Shown: in pieces, positions 9,235-19,500 of the stretch
Layout: every line of letters begins with the position of its first letter
How positions within the stretch are numbered: position 1 is the stretch's first letter
DNA from: a virus
Virus record (IMG/VR): IMGVR_UViG_3300015371_000026
Span: 3,392 to 67,391 of that record
Length of the DNA stretch: 64,000 nucleotides
Direction: 5' to 3' (one strand)
Notes under the pieces: model-generated
The model's input: only the letters and a program-made list of their open reading frames with translations
Told to the model about the DNA's origin: nothing
Database searches by the model: none
Program-made: the position numbers and the translations under genes

Positions 9235-10679
9235 CCGCGCGCCGACAGTACGAGGACATCCCGGGCTCTGGCAGGATCGTGACCACGTCGACGCGCACGC
9301 TGAGCGCCAGCGAGCGCTCGCTGGAGCTGCGCGAGCGGAGCGACCCGATCCTGTCCATGGACGAGGTCGCCCAGCTGCTGACGTCGTTCCAGTACGGCGG
9401 CCTGCGCTACACGCTCCCCGGCGCGAGGCAGGAGGAGATCGGCGCCAACTACAGCGGGTTCGCGTCGCACGCGTTCGGGGCCTGCGTCCCGGTGTTCGCG
9501 TGTATCGCCGTGCGCATGTCGCTGTTCTCCGAGGCGCGCTTCCAGTGGCGGAACCTGCGCTCAGGCCACCCCGGGAAGATCTTCGGGACGAACGAGCTGG
9601 AGGTGCTGGAGCGACCGTGGCCGGGCGCGACGACCGGCGATCTGCTCTCGCGCATGGAACTCCACAACTGCATCGGCGGGAACGCGTTCGTGGCCCGCAC
9701 CGGGTCGCCGCCGCGTCTGGCGCTGCTGCGCCCAGACTGGGTGGACATCATCGTCGGGAGCGACGACCCGACCGCCGACGTCGGATCGTGGGACCCGGAG
9801 GCGATCGTCATGGGCTACGTCTACTACCCGGGCGGGCGCTACTCGGGGCGCGAGGCGCGCATCTACACGCCGCTCGAGGTCGCCCACTACGCGCCGCTGC
9901 CGGACCCGATGGCGCAGTTCAGAGGCATGAGCTGGCTGCAGCCCGTCGTGCGCGAGATCATGGCTGACAAAGCGACGACTGAGCACAAGCTGCGCTACTT
10001 CGAGCAGGGCGCGACCAAGAACCTGCTGGTCAAGTTCAACACGGACGACCTGGAGAAGTTCCGCAGCTGGACGGACGAGTTTCGCGAGCAGCACGAGGGG
10101 TCGCGTAACGCGTACAAGACACTGTTCCTGGCCATGGGGATGGACGTCGACACCATCGGCGACAACATGGAGCAGATCGACTTCAAGAAGACGCAGGGTG
10201 CTGGCGAGACGAGAATCGCAGCAGCCGCTGAGGTACCGCCGATCATCGTCGGCCTGAGCGAGGGGCTGGAGTCAGCGACGTACTCCAACTACGGCCAGGC
10301 TCGCAGGCGCTTCGCGGACGGCACCCTGCGCCACCTCTGGCGGAACGCGTGCGGCTCGCTGGAGCATCTGGTCGCGCCGCCGGGAGGGACGCAGCTCTGG
10401 TACGACGAGGCTGACATCCCGTTCCTGGCGGAGGACGCCAAGGACGCCGCGCAGGTGCTCGTGGCCCAGTCGACCGCGATCAAGACGCTGGTCGAGGCCG
10501 GGTACACGGTGGATAGCTCTCGCGATGCCGTCGTCTCGGGCGACCTGAGCACGCTTCAGCACTCGGGTCTGATCAGCGTCCAGCTTCAGAAGCCAGGCGA
10601 GAAGCCGACACCGGACAACAAGTCGAATGGCGCGGGTCAACCCGCGAACGTGCCCAGCCCGGGAGGGCAGGCGGCGTGA
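9231..10679 (+). CDS. Portal protein (HK97 family)
   Basis: VFACI, GNAF, LRPDWV, FRGMSWL, IAAAAEVPP..VG..ATYSN. Confidence 0.9.
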   Translation: MTARRQYEDIPGSGRIVTTSTRTLSASERSLELRERSDPILSMDEVAQLLTSFQYGGLRYTLPGARQEEIGANYSGFASHAFGACVPVFACIAVRMSLFSEARFQWRNLRSGHPGKIFGTNELEVLERPWPGATTGDLLSRMELHNCIGGNAFVARTGSPPRLALLRPDWVDIIVGSDDPTADVGSWDPEAIVMGYVYYPGGRYSGREARIYTPLEVAHYAPLPDPMAQFRGMSWLQPVVREIMADKATTEHKLRYFEQGATKNLLVKFNTDDLEKFRSWTDEFREQHEGSRNAYKTLFLAMGMDVDTIGDNMEQIDFKKTQGAGETRIAAAAEVPPIIVGLSEGLESATYSNYGQARRRFADGTLRHLWRNACGSLEHLVAPPGGTQLWYDEADIPFLAEDAKDAAQVLVAQSTAIKTLVEAGYTVDSSRDAVVSGDLSTLQHSGLISVQLQKPGEKPTPDNKSNGAGQPANVPSPGGQAA

Positions 10680-10722
10680 GCGCTGCCGGACGCGTGCGAG
10701 CGAAGGAAGGAGATCAGAACAG

Positions 10723-13700
10723 ATGAGCACAACGCAGCAGCGCGTCGATGACCCGGGCGACTTCTACCGGCCGCTGAACGAGATCCCGTCGTCTCTGCCG
10801 CGCGAGAACCTGCTGCGCGCGGTCGACGCCAGCGTGGAGTACGTCGAGCGCGCGGATCCCCAGGCGGGCGGGCCGCGTATCTTCGGGCACTTCGCGGTGT
10901 TCGACCAGTGGGCGCTGATCGACTCCGCGACCGAGGGCGTGTTCATGGAGCGCTTCGCGGCCGGGTCGCTGGCCAAGTCGCTGCGCGAAGGTCGCGACCG
11001 GATCAAGTGCATCATGCGGCACGGGACGAAGACGCCGCTGGGCGAACTCGTGCTCGGTCGGATCGTTCACCTCGAGGAGGACTCGACGTTCGAGGTCGAG
11101 CTGTTCCCCGAGCTGGAGCGCGAGGCGCCGCTGCTGATGGCGGGCCTGCGCGCGGGCGAATACTCGATGTCGTTCAAGTTCAGAGTGATCAAGTCGAACG
11201 ACGTCATGCGCCCAGCACGCTCGGCGTACAACCCGCGCGGGCTGCCGGAGCGCACCGTCACAGAAGCAGCTGTGCGCGAGTTCGGGCCGTGCACGTTCGC
11301 CGTCTACGAGGGAACCGCGCTCAGCATGCGCTCGATCACAGACGATGTCGTGCGCGAGCGGCTAACGATCCTCGACGAGCGCCACGAGGTCGGTCGCGCG
11401 CAGCAGGAGAACCGTCTGTACGAGCGCTCGCTCGACTACGTCGGGTCGAGCGTCTGGCTGCTGGAGCCCGACTCGCTGCGCACCATCGTCGGGATCCTCG
11501 CTGAGCGGCGCGAGGGGCATCGGGCCTCGCCGGAGGAGATCGCGGAGCGCATCGGCGCGCGCGCTGCTTCAGACGAGCCAGCAGATACCGGGCAGAAGGA
11601 CTCGGTCGCAGTGATCCCGATCACAGGGCCGCTGGTTCCCCACGGGAGCGGCATGAGCGCGACCAGCGTTCCGCTGCGCAGCGCGGAGACGATCCAGCAG
11701 GAGGTACGCGCAGCTGCGCTTGACCCAGAGATCGGCGCGATCATGCTCGACATCAACTCGCCCGGCGGAGCGGCGAAGATGATCCCGGAGCTGGCGGCGG
11801 AGATCGCCGCCGCGGGTCAGTCGAAGCCGGTGGTCGCGATGGCGAACACGCTCGCGGCGTCGGGCGCGTACTGGCTCGCGACAGCAGCAGACGAGATCGT
11901 CGCGTCACCGTCAGCTGAGGTCGGCTCGATCGGCGCGTACTCGGTCCACGAGGACGTCTCCGCGGCGATGGAGATGAAGGGCGAGCGGGTTACCCTCGTC
12001 TCGGCCGGTAAGTACAAGGTCGAGAAGAACCCGTTCGAGCCGCTGGACGAGGAGGCGCGCGCAGACATGCAGTCGCGCGTCGACGAGCTGTACAGCGAGT
12101 TCGTCAGCGCGGTCGCGAAGGGTCGCGGAGTCAAAGCGTCCGAGGTGCGCGCAGGGTTCGGGCAGGGCCGCACGGTGATGGCCAAGGCGGCGCTGAAGGA
12201 AGGCATGATCGACCGCATCGCGACGCGCGATCAGACCCTGACGCGTCTGCGCAAGGTCGCGACGGCGATCGTCGACGGCGACCGCGGCGCAGCTCAGGTC
12301 GAGTTCGACGCGCCTGACGAGATGGTCGGCCCCCTGTCGTTCGACTACTCGAAGCTACCGATCAAGGTCGTCCTCGACGCCGAGCGTCTCGGCGAGCAGC
12401 TAGCAGCGATCACAAGACGGAACGGCGAGACGTTCGCGACGGGCGGCGTCGTCGCCAGCGCGCGACCGGAGGCCGTCGTTCCGCTGACACATATTTCCGA
12501 GCCGGAGCCGTCCGCGGCCACCACTCAGGAACGGGCAGAGCCGGAGCCCTCAGAGGCCACCACTCACGACACGGCCGCGCAGGACGCGGCACACGGACCG
12601 GATGGGAAGGAGCAGCAAGTTATGTCCATTGTCGATGGGGAAGTTCACCTCACGATCGAGCAGGTGCGTGATCGCCTCGACTCGATCAAGGTGCGCTTTC
12701 AGGAGATCCACACCGAGTTCGGCGCTTCAGTGAAGCCCGACGCGGTCAACGAGGAGATCGACCAGCTCCTCAGCGAGCGCGATCGGTTGGAAGAGGCCCA
12801 GCGCGACTGGGAGCGGACGGCATCGATCCTCGAGAGCTACGCGACCCGTGAAGATCGACGCGACGGGAGCGAGCGCACCGGACGCCGCATCGGGAACGGC
12901 GGCATCCACTCGAACGTCGACCGGCACCCCGGTGTCCCGGCCGACATCTACAGCCTGGTTGAGTACGGGCGACTGAACAAGGCGGAGGACCTCATCCCCG
13001 CGCTCCGCGAGGGCGCGAAGATGGCGGTCGACCGCGCCGTGTTCTCGCACCCCGATGTCGAGAAGGCCGATCAGCAGGCGCGTATCGAGAAGCTGCTCGA
13101 CACGGTCGACAAGAAGCACGGTGCTCTCGCCGAGCTGATCCTGGCGACGGGATCACCAACGTACGAGCGCGCATTCGGGAAGACCCTGATGGGCGAAGGG
13201 CTCTCTCCCGAAGAGGAGCGCGCGATGTCGCTGACCACCACTGCTGGCGGCTTCGCGGTTCCGTACACGCTCGACCCGACGCTCATCCTGACGTCCAACG
13301 GTGTCGTCAACCCGCTGCGGGCCATCTCGCGGGTCGAGAACATCACCGTGAACGAGTGGCGCGGGCTGAGCACGGCGGGCATCGCCGCGGCGTACACCGC
13401 GGAAGCGACAGAGGCGACGGACGCGAACCCGGTGTTCGCACAGCCGACCGCCAACGTCGAGAAGGCGCAGGCGTTCATCCCGTTCTCCATCGAGATCGGA
13501 GAGGACTGGGGCCAGCTCCAGTCGCAGATGGCGCGTCTGTTCGCCGACGCCAAGGACACGCTCGAAGCCGACAAGTTCCTGAACGGCTTCGGCCACGCGT
13601 CCAACGTCCCGGAGGGTCTGCACACCGGCGCCACGGTCGTCGTCTCGACGGCGTCCGCGACGACGTTCACTGTCGCAGACCTTTACTCGCTGACGGAGGC

Positions 13701-14082
13701 TCTGCCGCCGCGGTTCGAGCCGAACGGCCGGATCGTCGGCAACCTCAAGCAGTTCAACCGCGTGCGTGCGTTCGACACGTCCGGTGGCGCTGCGCTCTGG
13801 GTTCAGCTGCGTGACTCGCTCCCGAGCGATCTCATCGGCTACCCGTCATACCGCTACAGCAACATGACCTCGACCATCGCGTCGGGCGCGACGATCCTGA
13901 CCTTCGGAGACTTCTCCGAGTTCCTGATCGTCGAGCGAATCGGGATGAGCATCGAGCTGATCCCGCATCTGTTCGGCAGCTCGAACAGGTTCCCGACCGG
14001 GCAGCGCGGGCTGTACGCCCACTGGCGCAACACCTCCAAGGTGCTGACCAACAAGGCGTTCGTCTCGCTGAAGGTCACGTAG
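10723..14082 (+). CDS. Polyprotein: HK97 prohead protease + S49 peptidase + linker + major capsid protein
   Basis: GHFAVFD, MSFKF, EFGPCTFAVY; LDINSPGG, AASGAYWLA, VGSIG, SAGKYK; AGGFAVP, PEG, FGDFS; ATG 10723 preceded by AAGGAG. Confidence 0.88.
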   Translation: MSTTQQRVDDPGDFYRPLNEIPSSLPRENLLRAVDASVEYVERADPQAGGPRIFGHFAVFDQWALIDSATEGVFMERFAAGSLAKSLREGRDRIKCIMRHGTKTPLGELVLGRIVHLEEDSTFEVELFPELEREAPLLMAGLRAGEYSMSFKFRVIKSNDVMRPARSAYNPRGLPERTVTEAAVREFGPCTFAVYEGTALSMRSITDDVVRERLTILDERHEVGRAQQENRLYERSLDYVGSSVWLLEPDSLRTIVGILAERREGHRASPEEIAERIGARAASDEPADTGQKDSVAVIPITGPLVPHGSGMSATSVPLRSAETIQQEVRAAALDPEIGAIMLDINSPGGAAKMIPELAAEIAAAGQSKPVVAMANTLAASGAYWLATAADEIVASPSAEVGSIGAYSVHEDVSAAMEMKGERVTLVSAGKYKVEKNPFEPLDEEARADMQSRVDELYSEFVSAVAKGRGVKASEVRAGFGQGRTVMAKAALKEGMIDRIATRDQTLTRLRKVATAIVDGDRGAAQVEFDAPDEMVGPLSFDYSKLPIKVVLDAERLGEQLAAITRRNGETFATGGVVASARPEAVVPLTHISEPEPSAATTQERAEPEPSEATTHDTAAQDAAHGPDGKEQQVMSIVDGEVHLTIEQVRDRLDSIKVRFQEIHTEFGASVKPDAVNEEIDQLLSERDRLEEAQRDWERTASILESYATREDRRDGSERTGRRIGNGGIHSNVDRHPGVPADIYSLVEYGRLNKAEDLIPALREGAKMAVDRAVFSHPDVEKADQQARIEKLLDTVDKKHGALAELILATGSPTYERAFGKTLMGEGLSPEEERAMSLTTTAGGFAVPYTLDPTLILTSNGVVNPLRAISRVENITVNEWRGLSTAGIAAAYTAEATEATDANPVFAQPTANVEKAQAFIPFSIEIGEDWGQLQSQMARLFADAKDTLEADKFLNGFGHASNVPEGLHTGATVVVSTASATTFTVADLYSLTEALPPRFEPNGRIVGNLKQFNRVRAFDTSGGAALWVQLRDSLPSDLIGYPSYRYSNMTSTIASGATILTFGDFSEFLIVERIGMSIELIPHLFGSSNRFPTGQRGLYAHWRNTSKVLTNKAFVSLKVT

Positions 14083-14159
14083 TAACCGCACGATCTGGGA
14101 CGGGGGTGCGGCCCGGCGCTCCCGTCCCAGAACCTAACCGGGTCGAAAGGAAAGGGCAG

Positions 14160-14354
14160 ATGACCAAGATCTACGTACCGAAGGAATCGTTCATCACTCC
14201 TATCGTCGATGACGACGGCAACTCGCGTGAGCACAACTTTCGCGAGGGACGTACGACAGTCGAGGAAGGGCATCCGGTGATGCGCGGGCGCGAGCAGCTG
14301 TTTCGCGAGATGACGATCGACTACCCTGCGCCGCGCAAGGTCGTGAACAAGTGA
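14160..14354 (+). CDS. Small post-capsid protein
   Basis: ATG with purine-rich RBS; coupled to the next gene. Confidence 0.6.
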   Translation: MTKIYVPKESFITPIVDDDGNSREHNFREGRTTVEEGHPVMRGREQLFREMTIDYPAPRKVVNK

Positions 14355-15598
14355 AGATCCTTCTCCACTCGAACGCCCCCTGGGCGCACACCGGCTACGG
14401 CCAGCAGACCGCGCAGCTCGCGACGCGTCTGCGCGACGCCGGTCACGAGGTCGCGCTCTCGACCTTCTACGGCCTCGAGGGCGCGGAGATGGAGTGGGGC
14501 GGGATGCGTGTCTTCCCCACCGACCATACGAAGTTCGGGAAGGCGATGCTCCCGTACTACGTCGGCGAGATCGCCGGTCGTGACACCGATCCGCGCGAGG
14601 TGCTCGTGCTGACGCTGATGGACGTCTGGGCGCTCACAGCGCAGTCCCTGTCGCGTCTGCGACTGGCCAGCTGGACGCCCGTCGACCACGAGCCGATGCC
14701 GCCGCGTCTGGGCGAATACTTCGCCTCCACTGGCGCGCGCCCGATCGCGATGAGTCGATTCGGGGAGACGCAGCTGAAGGAGGCCGGGTTCGACCCGCTC
14801 TACGCGCCGCACGCTGTCGACACGAACGTGATGCGCCCGCTGGGCGGACGCGACGAGCTACGGCGCGCGCTGAAGGTGCCGGAAGACGCGTTCGTGGTCG
14901 GGATGGTCGCCAACAACAAGGGCACCGGCCCGCCGCGCAAGGCGTTCCCGCAGGTCATGCAGGCGTTCTCGATCTTTCACCGCGACCATCCCGACTCTGT
15001 GCTCTATCTCCACTCAGAGGTGTTCGGGCTCGACGCCGGTGTCAACCTGCTGGCGCTCGCGCGCATCTGCGGGATCCCTGATACGGCGCTGGCCACGACC
15101 GATCAGCTGCGTATGCATCTCGGCATTCCCGGCGAGGCGATGGCAGCTGTGTACAACGTCTTCGATGTGCTCGCGAACCCGAGCTACGGGGAGGGATTCG
15201 GAATCCCGATCATCGAGGCGCAGGCGTGTGGCGTCCCGGTGATCGTCAACGACTGCACGTCGATGCCCGAGCTGCTCGGCGCAGGATGGCTCGTCGACGG
15301 CGACGACTTCTACGACCCGCCTCACGGCGCCTGGTACAAGTGCCCGTCTGTCGCGGAGATCTACCAGGCTATTGAGCAGGCGTACGAGACGCGCGGCGAC
15401 CAGCAGCTGCGCGAGCAGGCGCGCGAGTTCGCGCTCGCGTACGACGCGGATTGCGTCTTCGCCGAGTACTGGACACCGGTGCTTGACCAGCTGGAGCTGC
15501 CGCGCGAGATCGGGCCGCTCGTGATCGCAGAGCAGAACGGGCTGAATCGCGAACAGCGGCGCGCAGCCGCGAAGCAGCGGCAGAAGCAGAAGGTGTGA
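14351..15598 (+). CDS. GT-B (family 4) glycosyltransferase
   Basis: SNAPW..TGYGQQT, RKAF, NPSYGEGFGIPIIEAQACGVPVI. Confidence 0.9.
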   Translation: MKILLHSNAPWAHTGYGQQTAQLATRLRDAGHEVALSTFYGLEGAEMEWGGMRVFPTDHTKFGKAMLPYYVGEIAGRDTDPREVLVLTLMDVWALTAQSLSRLRLASWTPVDHEPMPPRLGEYFASTGARPIAMSRFGETQLKEAGFDPLYAPHAVDTNVMRPLGGRDELRRALKVPEDAFVVGMVANNKGTGPPRKAFPQVMQAFSIFHRDHPDSVLYLHSEVFGLDAGVNLLALARICGIPDTALATTDQLRMHLGIPGEAMAAVYNVFDVLANPSYGEGFGIPIIEAQACGVPVIVNDCTSMPELLGAGWLVDGDDFYDPPHGAWYKCPSVAEIYQAIEQAYETRGDQQLREQAREFALAYDADCVFAEYWTPVLDQLELPREIGPLVIAEQNGLNREQRRAAAKQRQKQKV

Positions 15599-15714
15599 CG
15601 ACCGCCGCGCTGGTCATCGCGCTCGTCTCGCTGATCGTCGCGCTGGCGCAGCTGGTTGTGACGTTCCTGCTCGTGCTCCCGCGGATCGAGCGGCTTCACC
15701 CGAAGAACCCGTGA
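15595..15714 (+). CDS. Single-TM peptide (39 aa)
   Basis: MTTAALVIALVSLIVALAQLVVTFLLVLP; overlaps both neighbours. Confidence 0.55.
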   Translation: MTTAALVIALVSLIVALAQLVVTFLLVLPRIERLHPKNP

Positions 15715-16385
15715 TGGACATCGCCGTACTGACACTGACCCGCGACCGGCTCGACTACACCCGCCACTGCTTCGCGTCGCTAATGGAGCACGCCGGGTGC
15801 GACTTCGACTGGTACGTGCTCGACAACGGGTCGAAGGACGGGACGGTTCAGTGGCTGCGCGAGCGTCTTCCGTACGCGTGCGTGGTCGCGCTTCAGGAGA
15901 ACGTCGGCATCTGTCGCGGCCTGAACTTCATGCTGGACAACTACTGCGACGCAGCTCAGTACGACGTCGTCGTGCGCTTCGACAATGACTGCGAGGTCGT
16001 CGACCGCGGGACGCTCCAGAGAGTGGCGACGCTGGCGTATCAGTCTCAGGCGATCGTCTCTCCGCGTGTGCGCGGGCTGCGCAACCCGCCGCCGACGATC
16101 GAGGAGCGCGAACTCGATGGAGAGGTGTTCGACGAGACGACGATCTTGGGCGGGATCTTTATGGCGATCCCGGCGCGTCTGCTCTCAGCTGACGGCTATC
16201 GCTTCGACGAGCAGCAGCCGCTCTGGGCCGGCGACGAGCTGATTACGACCTGGCATCGCGCGCGCGGCGGGCGCTGCGGCTACATGCGCGACGTCGAGGT
16301 CAACCACTATGAGACGACAGACGGGCAGCACCGCCAGTACCCGTGGTACTTCGAGCGGCGTGTCCTCGAAGGCGGCCCGGTGTGA
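15714..16385 (+). CDS. GT-A (family 2) glycosyltransferase
   Basis: VLDNGSKDGT, ENVGI, FDNDC. Confidence 0.85.
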   Translation: MDIAVLTLTRDRLDYTRHCFASLMEHAGCDFDWYVLDNGSKDGTVQWLRERLPYACVVALQENVGICRGLNFMLDNYCDAAQYDVVVRFDNDCEVVDRGTLQRVATLAYQSQAIVSPRVRGLRNPPPTIEERELDGEVFDETTILGGIFMAIPARLLSADGYRFDEQQPLWAGDELITTWHRARGGRCGYMRDVEVNHYETTDGQHRQYPWYFERRVLEGGPV

Positions 16386-16942
16386 TCATCGATTTCGACG
16401 ACTTCTGGCAGAACAACCACCGGCTCGATCTGCTCGAACGTCTTCACGGCGCGAACTCGTCTTTTCGTTGCACGCTGTTCGCGATCCCGGGTCTGGGCGG
16501 GCCGGACGGCTCGTTCTGGAGCAGCGTCCCAGACTGGTGTGAGCTAGCGGTGCACGGGTGGTTCCACGGTGAGCCCGCGACTGAATGTCTGAGCTGGGAC
16601 TACTGGCGGATGCGCGACGTCATCGAGTGGCGACCCGAACGGTTCGTGCGCGGCTTCAAAGCACCCGGCTGGCAGATCTCAGACGAGTGCTACACAGCGC
16701 TGCTCGACTGCGGATGGTGGGTCGCAGATCAGCCGTACAACGACGCGCGTCGTCCTCGCGGGTTACGCGTTCATCGTCTCGGCGACGGCGAGCACTGGCA
16801 CGGGCATATCCAGAACGTCTGCGGGAACGGGATCGAGGAGCGCTTCGACGAACTGCTCGCGCTGGTCGAATCGACAGACCAGTTCTCGTTCGTCTCCGAG
16901 ACTGTGCACGAGTGGCGTCCGGCTCTCGCAGGAGTGTCGTGA
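16382..16942 (+). CDS. Polysaccharide deacetylase-like protein (NodB/DUF2334)
   Basis: IDFDDF, TLFAIP, LAVHGWFH, GFKAPGW. Confidence 0.75.
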   Translation: MIIDFDDFWQNNHRLDLLERLHGANSSFRCTLFAIPGLGGPDGSFWSSVPDWCELAVHGWFHGEPATECLSWDYWRMRDVIEWRPERFVRGFKAPGWQISDECYTALLDCGWWVADQPYNDARRPRGLRVHRLGDGEHWHGHIQNVCGNGIEERFDELLALVESTDQFSFVSETVHEWRPALAGVS

Positions 16943-17658
16943 AGATCAGCGCTGACGCGAGCGCGGCGTTGCTGACGTCTCTCCTTCACGCGCGCTCAGC
17001 CTTCATCTACGCGCGCATCGGCGACGGCGACATCTACTGCGCATTCTCGCTCCCGCCGTACGGCGACGGAAGCGGCGAGAACACGAACGGCGAGCGCGCG
17101 CAGCCGTGGCTGGGCGAGCGTGTGCGCGGCTCGATTCGCACGATCGCGCGTCTACCGATGCCCGTCTACTTCGGCGACTACCTCTCGCGCGCACCGGGTG
17201 GCGAAGGGCTCGACGAGCGCTGGTCGGAGATGCTCGACTGGCTACACAAGCGGCCGATGATCCACGTCGAGGCACTGTTGATCCATCGTCGCTCGCTCCA
17301 GCTGGCGCAGTTCTATCGCGATCTCGCCAAGGACGATCGCCCGAAGGTCTACGTCTCAGCTGAACGCATGACGTCCGCGGCGCTCGCGCTCGGTGCTGAC
17401 CATCTCGTGATCCCAGAGTCGAACGCGTACGAGCAGACGCGCAGCATCGCCGAGCGCATTCGCAACAGCTCGTGGGAGATCGTGCTCTACTCGGCCGGGT
17501 ACGCGACGAAGCCGATCATGGCTGCCGCCTGGTCGCCGGAGCGCACTCAGATCGACCTCGGGTCCGCGCTCGATCCCGTCTACGTCGGCGCGACGCGTAC
17601 CGGCCAGCTGTCGAAGCACGACGCGGGCGAGTTCTTCTCAGAGGCGATCGCGGCGTGA
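16939..17658 (+). CDS. GT-D fold (DUF1792-like) glycosyltransferase
   Basis: YARIGDGD, LYSAG.ATK, IDLGSALDP. Confidence 0.65.
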   Translation: MKISADASAALLTSLLHARSAFIYARIGDGDIYCAFSLPPYGDGSGENTNGERAQPWLGERVRGSIRTIARLPMPVYFGDYLSRAPGGEGLDERWSEMLDWLHKRPMIHVEALLIHRRSLQLAQFYRDLAKDDRPKVYVSAERMTSAALALGADHLVIPESNAYEQTRSIAERIRNSSWEIVLYSAGYATKPIMAAAWSPERTQIDLGSALDPVYVGATRTGQLSKHDAGEFFSEAIAA

Positions 17659-18338
17659 AGCTCGACATCGTTCTCCTCCAGTGCGGACTACCGATGCTGA
17701 CGCAGCGGTGTCTCGCGAGTATCGTGAGTCATGCGCCCTGGGCCAGGGTCATCTTGGTCGACAACGGCAGCCCTCGCGACGATCTCGTGTCGACCATGCG
17801 CTGCGTCTCGCATGCGTTTCCAGTTGTCGCGAACGATGAGAACCTCGGCTTTGCACGTGCTGTCAACCAGGGGATCAGGTTGAGCGACGCCGACTACGTC
17901 TGTATCCAGAACAACGACACGATCATGTACGAGGGCGGCTATGAGCGCATGATCGCTCACCTAGAGGAGCACGCACCGCGACTCGGTCTGATCGGGCCGA
18001 TGACGAACAACGCAGACAGCGTCCAGCGCGGCGACGGAAACGGGCGCGGCGTCCAGATCGTCAACGGCCTGGTCGCGTTCTTCTGCACCGTGATCCCGCG
18101 TCGCGTGATCGACGACGTCGGCCTGCTCAGCGAGGAGTACGGGATGGGCTACGGCGAGGACAACGACTACTGCATCCGGCTACGCGACGCGGGCTACCGT
18201 CTCGGGATCGCGCGCGACGTCTTCGTCCATCACGACCACCACGCCACGTATCGCGCGCTGATCGGGGACGACGGGATCGACCGGCTCGGCGTCGAGAACT
18301 CAGAGCGCCTGATGGCCAAGCACGGGAGACTGGAGTGA
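17655..18338 (+). CDS. GT2 glycosyltransferase
   Basis: VDNGS, NLGFARAVNQG, QNND, EDNDYC. Confidence 0.88.
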   Translation: MKLDIVLLQCGLPMLTQRCLASIVSHAPWARVILVDNGSPRDDLVSTMRCVSHAFPVVANDENLGFARAVNQGIRLSDADYVCIQNNDTIMYEGGYERMIAHLEEHAPRLGLIGPMTNNADSVQRGDGNGRGVQIVNGLVAFFCTVIPRRVIDDVGLLSEEYGMGYGEDNDYCIRLRDAGYRLGIARDVFVHHDHHATYRALIGDDGIDRLGVENSERLMAKHGRLE

Positions 18339-18922
18339 GCGGCATCGACGAGTCGCGCTTTACGAACGCGACGAAGACGTGCCCGCACCCAGAGCGCTGG
18401 ACGTCACACGACGGCGACTCGTCAGAGGTCGAGGTGTCCGATCTCGCATGGGGGCTTGTGCGCGCCGTCCAGCCGCAGTTCGCGATCGAGACAGGGACAG
18501 CGTACGGGCAGACGACCAGACGCATCGGCGAAGCGCTCGCGTCGAACTCTCCCATCGGCGTGCTGATGGCGTTCGAGAACGATGCGGAGCGTGCAGCGAC
18601 GACGCGCGACAACTGCTTCGGTCTCCCCGTCATGGTGATGGAGAAGGACTCGACGAGCTACCTCCCGCCTGAGGAGATCGTCATTGACTTCAGCTGGTTC
18701 GACACATGGTCGGAGCTACGCATCCCCGAGTTCTGGCACTTCCGTCCGCGCATGCGCCAGGGGTCGATCGTCTGTTTTCACGACACAGCACCCGGTCACG
18801 GCGCGAACAGGATGCCGAGCGGTCGCGACACGCGCACAGAGATCGAGGTCGAGCTGCGCAGCGCCATTCGCTTCGTCCATCTTCCGACGCCGCGCGGGGT
18901 GACGATCGGAGAGGTGCTGTGA
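18335..18922 (+). CDS. SAM methyltransferase (Methyltransf_24-like)
   Basis: IETGTAYG, IDFSWFD, CFHDT. Confidence 0.75.
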   Translation: MSGIDESRFTNATKTCPHPERWTSHDGDSSEVEVSDLAWGLVRAVQPQFAIETGTAYGQTTRRIGEALASNSPIGVLMAFENDAERAATTRDNCFGLPVMVMEKDSTSYLPPEEIVIDFSWFDTWSELRIPEFWHFRPRMRQGSIVCFHDTAPGHGANRMPSGRDTRTEIEVELRSAIRFVHLPTPRGVTIGEVL

Positions 18923-19500
18923 GCGAAGCGGCTGCTCTAGCTGCTGAGGCTGTGCGCGGCGGCGCGTCGCAGAAGGCGAGCGAGCTAGCCCCGCTGATCG
19001 AGACGCTGCTCGAACTTGACCCGAAGGTCATCCTGGAGATCGGGTCGAGCGACGGCGGCACCCTACGGTGCTGGCGCCTCGTCGCGCCGCGCGCGTTCAT
19101 TCTCAGCGTCTCGCTCCCAGACGGGCCGTACGGCGGCGGCCATCCGCGCGACGTTGACGCGCACGTCATCGCCGGAGACTCGCACGACATGTCCTCGTAC
19201 GAACTCGTTATCGGCGCGCTCGACGGGCGTATGGTCGACTTCTTGTTCCTCGACGGCGATCACACGTTCAGCGGCATCCGGAGCGACTACCACTGCTACG
19301 GCCCGCTGGTTCGACGCGGTGGGATCATCGCGCTCCACGACATTCTCCCTCACGTCGGAGACACTGTTCAGGTCGATCGCTTCTGGGAGCGCCTCAAGTC
19401 GATGCCTGCCACGTACAGTCGAGTCGACGAGCACGTCAGCCCAGACGAGCTACGCGCTGAGTACGGCCAGTGGGGCGGGATCGGGGTGGTGCACAAGTGA
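18919..19500 (+). CDS. SAM methyltransferase (Methyltransf_24)
   Basis: LEIGSSDGGT, GDSH, DFLFLDGDH, GGIIALHDI. Confidence 0.85.
   Translation: MSEAAALAAEAVRGGASQKASELAPLIETLLELDPKVILEIGSSDGGTLRCWRLVAPRAFILSVSLPDGPYGGGHPRDVDAHVIAGDSHDMSSYELVIGALDGRMVDFLFLDGDHTFSGIRSDYHCYGPLVRRGGIIALHDILPHVGDTVQVDRFWERLKSMPATYSRVDEHVSPDELRAEYGQWGGIGVVHK

Noticed and set aside
4663-9470. Long antisense and alternate-frame ORFs
   Set aside because: Arg/Ala/Ser-rich shadow frames expected at high GC over clearly assigned genes
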